Position numbers and translations under genes: made by a program | Origin: Escherichia phage 121Q | Length of the DNA stretch: 64,000 nucleotides | Sequence record: NC_025447.1 | Reading direction: 5' to 3' (one strand) | Notes under the pieces: model-generated | Database searches by the model: none | Told to the model about the DNA's origin: nothing | What the model saw: only the letters and a program-made list of their open reading frames with translations | In this document: in pieces, positions 58,239 through 64,000 of the stretch | Numbering within the stretch: the stretch's first letter is position 1 | How the letters are laid out: each line of letters starts with the position of its first letter

Positions 58239-58357
58239 TAAGGGCACTCCTTATAAAAAAGCTTTACATTTGGTATGGGTTTGTGATAGAATCTTCACAG
58301 TGATTGTACTAAGGGGATTATCAGATGAGGGAAATTTGAGTTAAGTACAGAAAAAGT

Positions 58358-58386
58358 TTGACTTAAGTGTTTAAGTACTATATTAT
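58358..58386 (+). promoter_or_regulatory. sigma70-like promoter
   Basis: TTGACT, 17 nt, TATTAT upstream of the 58420 gene. Confidence 0.5.
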
Positions 58387-58419
58387 TTATATCTTCCTAA
58401 CCAAAATTAAGGATTTGTT

Positions 58420-59028
58420 ATGAAAAGACTATGGCTTGAGGTAGTACAAGCAGTAATGCTTCTGATGTTGATAAATTTTCCAGCCAGTGCTGGTGTTGAA
58501 AGTAAAAATGTGATAAAGTACAATCCTGAAACACGTAATGTATATTTCATCTCAGATATTACGGATGGGTCACTAAAGCGTATGATGGAGTTGTATGATA
58601 AAGAACACTATGATACCATTACCATCACATCGCCAGGTGGTGATTTTGATGCTGGGATTAAAATGGCAAACTTCGTTAGAGACAATGGTATAAATTTAAT
58701 TGTTTCTAGGTATTGCAACTCAGCATGTACTGTGGTATTCTTCAGTGTAGCTTTTGAAAAGCGATACATGATAAATCGCTCAGTACTGGGACTTCATAAC
58801 ATTTCTATTAAAAGTAATGTTAAAGACGGTGATAATTCTTTTGTATCAGTTAGGCAGCTATCAACTTTTACTGAAGAAATGGCAACTAAAGTAGGTTTTC
58901 TATTTACACTATATTCTGCAAATGGAATTCCACCAGACGTTCTATATAAAGTTAGCCGTTCGCGTGGTGAAGATGTTGTAATATTAACAAAACCAGAACT
59001 GGTTTTTTACGGTTCAGTCAAACAATAA
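58420..59028 (+). CDS. secreted ClpP/crotonase-fold-like protein (putative periplasmic protease-like)
   Basis: N-terminal signal-peptide-like LLMLINFPASAG; TITSPGGDFDAG resembles the ClpP-fold S-P-G-G loop. Confidence 0.4.
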   Translation: MKRLWLEVVQAVMLLMLINFPASAGVESKNVIKYNPETRNVYFISDITDGSLKRMMELYDKEHYDTITITSPGGDFDAGIKMANFVRDNGINLIVSRYCNSACTVVFFSVAFEKRYMINRSVLGLHNISIKSNVKDGDNSFVSVRQLSTFTEEMATKVGFLFTLYSANGIPPDVLYKVSRSRGEDVVILTKPELVFYGSVKQ

Positions 59029-59098
59029 AAATAATTAAAATAACAGGATGATTATGATGTACTTCCTTTGTTATTAATTATATTGAGATTATATAACT

Positions 59099-59359
59099 AT
59101 GACAAACATCCAAAATTTGACATCTATTATTTTTTATGCTACAGTAGTGATGTATATTACTGTACTTTTCCTAACAGTTTTCATTTACAAAGATTACAAA
59201 AATGGCTTTATTGATAACACAACAATGAAGTTCAATTCAAAGTTTGAAGCAATAATTTATTATGTTCTGGCAACATCATATTTGGTGTGTCTAATGTTAT
59301 TAGGTACATTGATTTATATTTTATATACAACTTTATTTGCAATTGGAGCTATTTTATGA
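59099..59359 (+). CDS. small membrane protein
   Basis: 86 aa with two long hydrophobic segments. Confidence 0.5.
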   Translation: MTNIQNLTSIIFYATVVMYITVLFLTVFIYKDYKNGFIDNTTMKFNSKFEAIIYYVLATSYLVCLMLLGTLIYILYTTLFAIGAIL

Positions 59360-59952
59360 CATGTATCATTGCACACACTGATGGTGTAACTTCTTTTATT
59401 GCAGGGGACAAACTGGGAAGTAACGGGTTCACAAAGTCCGTTCAAACTGAGCCTAAAGTATTTGAGAAAGAATTCATTAAAATCAATGATGATGCTGGTT
59501 TGACCCGTACAAAAGAAATTATGGCGATTGGTTACACCACATCATTCCGTATGGGTCAACTTCTTACTTACAGTTTGAATCTACCACAGCAAGATGCAAA
59601 TGAGACGTTTCCACAGTACTTAGTACTGAAAGTTATTCCTATTATTCGTCAAATGTTCAAAGAGGAATGGGGTTCTCGTGATCCTTCACAAGAAGTAGGT
59701 GGTGGACAGTTCATCATTCTTCACAATCATACAATTTATGAAGTTCAAGAAGATTTTTCAGTTCTTCAACCGAAAACACGAATCACCGCCGTAGGTAGCG
59801 GAACATATCATGCTATTGCAGCAATGCAAGCATATATTGAAGTTGAAAATGAATCAAAAGTGCCACTACATGAACGCATCAAATCAATTTTTAAAATTGT
59901 CAGTGATAATGTAACTAGTGTAAGTGCCGAGTTTGATGTTTTAAAGTATTAA
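59356..59952 (+). CDS. putative Ntn-hydrolase / HslV-like protein
   Basis: GGAG RBS; N-terminus MTCIIAHTDGVTSFIAGDKLGSNG resembles the HslV/proteasome-beta N-terminal Thr plus AGD pattern; weak. Confidence 0.35.
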   Translation: MTCIIAHTDGVTSFIAGDKLGSNGFTKSVQTEPKVFEKEFIKINDDAGLTRTKEIMAIGYTTSFRMGQLLTYSLNLPQQDANETFPQYLVLKVIPIIRQMFKEEWGSRDPSQEVGGGQFIILHNHTIYEVQEDFSVLQPKTRITAVGSGTYHAIAAMQAYIEVENESKVPLHERIKSIFKIVSDNVTSVSAEFDVLKY

Positions 59953-59970
59953 AATTATAAGAGAGAATAG

Positions 59971-60165
59971 ATGATGGCATACACAATTTATGAATGGGTT
60001 TTGAGTTTTTTTATAGTTTTTTCTATTGTTGTAATTTATAACAATGCTAAATGCTTATACAGGGACTTGAAATCCAATGGTTATCACAAAGATAATAATT
60101 TTATGTATGCCTATCATATTGGAATAATTCTGTTATTATCAATATATTTAATTGGTTTTTCATAA
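59971..60165 (+). CDS. small membrane protein
   Basis: 64 aa, two hydrophobic helices. Confidence 0.45.
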   Translation: MMAYTIYEWVLSFFIVFSIVVIYNNAKCLYRDLKSNGYHKDNNFMYAYHIGIILLLSIYLIGFS

Positions 60166-60174
60166 GGATCGAAT

Positions 60175-60927
60175 ATGATATCAGAAAAATTTATAAGTAA
60201 TGAAGGTAAAAAAAGATTACTGATTATATCTGGTGCAGGACTTTCAGTCGAAAGTGGGATGGAACCTTTTCGATTTGATGATGGTTTGTGGGATACATTT
60301 AAAATTAATGATGTATGTAACATTGCTAGTTTAACTACAAAATATCATGTTGTTCATTCTTTCTATAATACATTGCGTGTAAAATTGGGACAATGCGAAC
60401 CAAATGCAATGCATTATTTTATAAAATCGTTAGAAGAACAATATGGTGATTGCTTCCTTCATATGACTTCTAACATGGACGATCTTTATACTCGTATTGG
60501 TGGTCATGAGCTTAAACTTCATGGAAACTTGTGCGAAGTTATTGAAAATTATAGTATCAATTCTGATGATTATAATGTTATTAACTGCGGATACGAACCA
60601 TACATACCAAAACATGATGTTTTTGCTAAACCAAATGTGGTAATGATTGGAGAATATCATCGTTATGTTGATGGTATACGCTTACCAATTTACGAAGAAC
60701 GAAATAATGTGTTGAAATCTCTTAATGAAAATGATACAGTTATTGTAATTGGTAGTAGCGATACAGTACTAGTATGGTCGAGATTAGCAGCAGCATTACC
60801 ATGTTATAGTGTTAATGTTAACATTCGTAAAAATGATAATGATTTTTTGTTTAATGAAAAAGTTATCAAGCCAGCAACCAAAGCAATACCACATCTAGAG
60901 ACTATAATTAAGGAACGTATGAAATGA
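60175..60927 (+). CDS. Sir2-family protein (NAD-dependent deacylase / ADP-ribosyltransferase fold)
   Basis: GAGLSVESGMEPFR, TSNMDDLY, catalytic HG (KLHGNL), KPNVVMIGE and VIGSS motifs in sirtuin order. Confidence 0.8.
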   Translation: MISEKFISNEGKKRLLIISGAGLSVESGMEPFRFDDGLWDTFKINDVCNIASLTTKYHVVHSFYNTLRVKLGQCEPNAMHYFIKSLEEQYGDCFLHMTSNMDDLYTRIGGHELKLHGNLCEVIENYSINSDDYNVINCGYEPYIPKHDVFAKPNVVMIGEYHRYVDGIRLPIYEERNNVLKSLNENDTVIVIGSSDTVLVWSRLAAALPCYSVNVNIRKNDNDFLFNEKVIKPATKAIPHLETIIKERMK

Positions 60928-61475
60928 GTGTTAAAGAAGTTCCCTTTGGTGAATATGGCTCACGTGCAAATTTTGTATTTTGTTATTTCTTTGCAAGAAA
61001 ATGTAACCCTTACAAAAACTATGAGTTGAATGATATACCAGAAGTAAATTTAGTTTTACTACAATTACGATGGGATGGTCTTCTTGGTGGATGTGGTGGA
61101 ACCGTAGAAAGTACTGATATCTCACTAGAAGATGCGTTGCGTCGTGAAGTTCAAGAAGAAATGGATTACAATATTTTTGTTTCCCATCTTCGACCACTCA
61201 AAACTTTTGAAATTTACCCAGGTGCAAACAGTCATAGTTTTAGCTATGAAGTAAGCTATGACGAGTTGAAACACATTAGAGATGGATACACTAATGCTAA
61301 ACATGCGAGTGCTGAAGTTGCTGGTGTAAATTTATGTCATATTTCTCGTTATTCTAAGGGACAAAATCGAGAAGCGGGATATAATAATCTTATGACACAG
61401 AACTTCATCGGTACAGCAAAACAAGAATTGGAGTATCTGGTTCAAAAAGAAAACTTACTAATTAGTTATCTATAG
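60924..61475 (+). CDS. Nudix hydrolase-like protein
   Basis: GGTVESTDISLEDALRREVQEEMD approximates the Nudix box (compare MutT GGKIEMGETPEQAVVRELQEEVG) with a one-residue insertion. Confidence 0.55.
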   Translation: MSVKEVPFGEYGSRANFVFCYFFARKCNPYKNYELNDIPEVNLVLLQLRWDGLLGGCGGTVESTDISLEDALRREVQEEMDYNIFVSHLRPLKTFEIYPGANSHSFSYEVSYDELKHIRDGYTNAKHASAEVAGVNLCHISRYSKGQNREAGYNNLMTQNFIGTAKQELEYLVQKENLLISYL

Positions 61476-61484
61476 GAGTTTAAC

Positions 61485-61805
61485 ATGTCTTACGCAATGT
61501 TTTTGGATGATATTCGTGATGCAAATCTATATTATCCAAACCAAGATATGGTGGTATGTCGTGACTTTAAAAGTGCATGTGAATATGTTATTGAAAATGG
61601 AATTCCAGCATTTGTATCATTCGACCATGACTTGGGTGATGTGAGCGAAGACGAAAAGACTGGATATTCTTTTGCTAAGTTTCTTATTGATTATATGTTT
61701 GATAATAATATTAAAGAACCGTTTGAGTACTTTGTTCACAGTAGTAATCCTGTTGGTAAAATTAATATTGAAACATACTTAAACAATGGATTTAACGCAT
61801 TATGA
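61485..61805 (+). CDS. hypothetical protein with acidic FLDDIRD / SFDHDLGD motifs
   Basis: 106 aa; GGAG RBS; motif spacing reminiscent of receiver-like domains, unverified. Confidence 0.45.
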   Translation: MSYAMFLDDIRDANLYYPNQDMVVCRDFKSACEYVIENGIPAFVSFDHDLGDVSEDEKTGYSFAKFLIDYMFDNNIKEPFEYFVHSSNPVGKINIETYLNNGFNAL

Positions 61806-62104
61806 TTCAAACACACATCAAAAGTCTTATTTGTACTGTTCTGTTAGGTGCAGGAGTTCTTTGGTTCGGACAGTATCACGAGAACACTAAGCGTACCAAC
61901 ATTCACTACAATACCGCAGAAGTTGTTAGTTTAGGACAATGTAGCGAGTCCAAATGTTCATTCATGTATAAAACCCAAAGTGGTGAAGTACGTAATGGAC
62001 TATCAAGAGAACCAGTTTCAATTGGTCAACTTGTTTACCAGGAGTGCTGGGAAGAAAAGGTTCGAGGTTCACGTTGCTATGTTGAATACGAACCAAATAT
62101 GTAA
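61802..62104 (+). CDS. hypothetical protein with N-terminal TM segment
   Basis: 100 aa; hydrophobic LICTVLLGAGVLWF. Confidence 0.45.
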   Translation: MIQTHIKSLICTVLLGAGVLWFGQYHENTKRTNIHYNTAEVVSLGQCSESKCSFMYKTQSGEVRNGLSREPVSIGQLVYQECWEEKVRGSRCYVEYEPNM

Positions 62105-62164
62105 TAATCCGAGTCAATAACATTAGTCGAGTACAAGGATGTACTCATAACTCAAGGATGTTTT

Positions 62165-63604
62165 ATGAAAAAATATACAATTGACACAAACGTACTACTA
62201 TCTGACCCTAATGCATCTATTGCTTTTGATGGTGCTGCAATCATTCTACCATTTACAGTACTGGAAGAATTAGATTCGATTAAGAGTCGTAATGTAGATG
62301 TTTCACGCGATGCTCGTGTTGCTATTCGTAACATTGAAGCAATTATTGCAGATGCATCACATGACGAGATTAGTAGTACTGGTGTTAATATTGCTGATGT
62401 TCATACCAATATGAATCCTGATAGCAAATTGTTTGTTATTACAAACGAAGAAGCTGAGGCACTAATTCGTACTAAAGGTACAGAAGAGAAAGTTCAAACC
62501 CTTCTCAAAAGTACTGTACCTGATGATAAAATCATTCTGGTAGCTTTAGCAACAGAATCAGTACTGGTAACTCGTGATATCAACATGCGTATCAAAGCAC
62601 TAAGTTATGGTGTCGAGGTACAAGATTATCGCCATGATATTGTTATTGGTGATAGTGATTTGATTCACATTGGTCAACACCATCTGGAAATCAATTTTTG
62701 GGAAGTATACAGCAACTTAACCAATACTAATATTCAATCCGAACAAGTTGGTCGTCGTTTGTATCATTACATTTCTAAAAGCTTGATTGAACATCTGCTT
62801 CCACAAAATCTATGCATCGGTGATTATCTATATGATGATGCTGACGTATTATTTGTGTACGAAGGACAATCAGCAATTGAGGAAGATGATGGAACACTAA
62901 CACCAGAAGATATTTTGGTATTCCAAGACATTGGACAATCAGTGTCTTTACGTGCTAAAGTATGGGATATTAAAGCAAAGAATATCCAACAAGCACTCGC
63001 CATCAACAGTATTCTCGATCCTGATGTACATCTAACAGTACTGCTAGGTTCTGCTGGTACTGGTAAAACACTAATTACAATTGCTACTGCATTAGAATTA
63101 GTACTGGAAAAACGTAAATACGACCGAATCATCTTCTCTAAAACTCAAGACTCACAGTTTGAAGATATTGGTTTCTTGCCAGGTTCAGAAGCAGAAAAAG
63201 TGATTCCATTCTGTGGAGCCGCGATTGATGCGTTAGAGTTTCTTCATAAAGATGATGCCAATCCACAAGGTAGTATTGAAGAGATTATGAAACGTAATGT
63301 TATTCAATTTAAAGCACTAAACTTTGTACGTGGACGTTCATTCACCAACACTATTCTAGTAGTTGATGAATTCCAAAACATTACACCTGCACAAGCAAAA
63401 ACCATCTTGACACGAGCAGGGTTAAACTGTAAAGTAGTAATTATGGGTAACTTGAGTCAGATTGACAGTAAGTTTATTAGTCCTGTTAACAGTGGTTTGA
63501 CATATGTAACTGAGAAGTTTAAAGACTGGGCAGGTTGTCGTGTCATCGAACTAGAAGGTGTTGTTCGTTCACCACTGGCTGAATTTGCTGAAGAAAATAT
63601 GTAA
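62165..63604 (+). CDS. phoH: PhoH-like ATPase with N-terminal PIN domain
   Basis: PIN-like YTIDTNVLLSDPNA; Walker A LGSAGTGKT; Walker B VVDEFQN. Confidence 0.8.
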   Translation: MKKYTIDTNVLLSDPNASIAFDGAAIILPFTVLEELDSIKSRNVDVSRDARVAIRNIEAIIADASHDEISSTGVNIADVHTNMNPDSKLFVITNEEAEALIRTKGTEEKVQTLLKSTVPDDKIILVALATESVLVTRDINMRIKALSYGVEVQDYRHDIVIGDSDLIHIGQHHLEINFWEVYSNLTNTNIQSEQVGRRLYHYISKSLIEHLLPQNLCIGDYLYDDADVLFVYEGQSAIEEDDGTLTPEDILVFQDIGQSVSLRAKVWDIKAKNIQQALAINSILDPDVHLTVLLGSAGTGKTLITIATALELVLEKRKYDRIIFSKTQDSQFEDIGFLPGSEAEKVIPFCGAAIDALEFLHKDDANPQGSIEEIMKRNVIQFKALNFVRGRSFTNTILVVDEFQNITPAQAKTILTRAGLNCKVVIMGNLSQIDSKFISPVNSGLTYVTEKFKDWAGCRVIELEGVVRSPLAEFAEENM

Positions 63605-63605
63605 T

Positions 63606-63628
63606 ATTGTATGGGACATAATGTCCCA
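63606..63628. promoter_or_regulatory. 23-bp near-perfect palindrome (terminator hairpin or operator)
   Basis: GTATGGGACAT-a-ATGTCCCATAC just after phoH stop, followed by TGATATAAT -10-like element. Confidence 0.4.
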
Positions 63629-63672
63629 TACATGATATAATGTTGTTATCATAATACAGAAGGAGATATAAA

Positions 63673-63861
63673 ATGGCTAAACAACCTAAGAAACAAGAAC
63701 CAGTAGCAAAAGTTAAGAAAGAGAAAGTTATTCAATCCAAAGAACAACGTATGTACGAACAACGTAAGAGTGAAACCCTATCCGGTCTACAAGCTCTACG
63801 CAAGCAAGGTGTACTAACTCGTGCACAGTACCGTGAACTAGTAGCTCAGAAAGGTTTTTGA
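63673..63861 (+). CDS. small basic protein
   Basis: 62 aa, K/R/Q-rich; AGGAGA RBS 8 nt upstream. Confidence 0.55.
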   Translation: MAKQPKKQEPVAKVKKEKVIQSKEQRMYEQRKSETLSGLQALRKQGVLTRAQYRELVAQKGF

Positions 63862-63965
63862 TTCATTTGAAGCAATATTGTGGAGTTCTTAATAAATACT
63901 TTTATAAGAATAATAATACTTTTTATTAAATTAAAAAGAACTCCATGTGTTATTTCAGTTTTTCG

Positions 63966-63991
63966 TCCCTGTCTTTTGGCAGGGATTTTTT
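63966..63991 (+). terminator. rho-independent terminator
   Basis: TCCCTG-tcttttgg-CAGGGA hairpin followed by TTTTTT. Confidence 0.6.
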
Positions 63992-64000
63992 ATATCTATA

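Noticed and set aside
1187-62334. About 30 minus-strand ORFs of 60-125 aa lying inside + strand genes (for example 1187-1387, 3910-4092, 6195-6422, 11275-11640, 26580-26831, 47111-47404, 52224-52601, 62824-63132)
   Set aside because: They sit entirely antisense to stronger + strand ORFs with family motifs or clear homology, lack RBS and have low-complexity translations typical of shadow frames in AT-rich DNA.
1-64000. CRISPR array, integrase, transposase or prophage boundary
   Set aside because: No regularly spaced direct repeats, no recombinase or transposase motifs and no att-like repeats were seen; the whole window looks like uniformly phage-type sequence.

Overview
AT-rich, very densely packed phage-type sequence. 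Almost every gene is on the + strand, with frequent ATGA stop/start overlaps, sigma70-like promoters carrying an extended -10 (TGATATAAT) and rho-independent terminators. The only antisense genes are a two-gene island at 57.7-58.2 kb. The first ~32 kb is dominated by paralogous small-protein genes: about 50 members of one family (100-220 aa) sharing a C-terminal core [DE][DE]-x-[YFL]-F-Q-x-S-[TL]-[VI]-[YWH]-[DN], plus a ~70-aa family with an LGTxxQE core. An ORF-free, hairpin-rich island lies at 32.8-33.4 kb. Downstream are an N6-adenine methyltransferase, an HxGH nucleotidyltransferase, further small-protein arrays, and recognisable T4-type enzymes: RNA ligase 1, polynucleotide kinase/phosphatase, DNA ligase, dCMP deaminase, two metallophosphatases, ClpP, Sir2, a Nudix hydrolase and PIN-PhoH. 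No tRNA, CRISPR array, integrase, transposase or virion structural gene was recognised. This looks like the early/host-takeover plus nucleotide-metabolism region of a large lytic T4-related phage (inference). All calls come from reading the ORF translations and sequence by eye; no searches or counts were run, and coordinates of promoters and terminators are approximate to a few bp.
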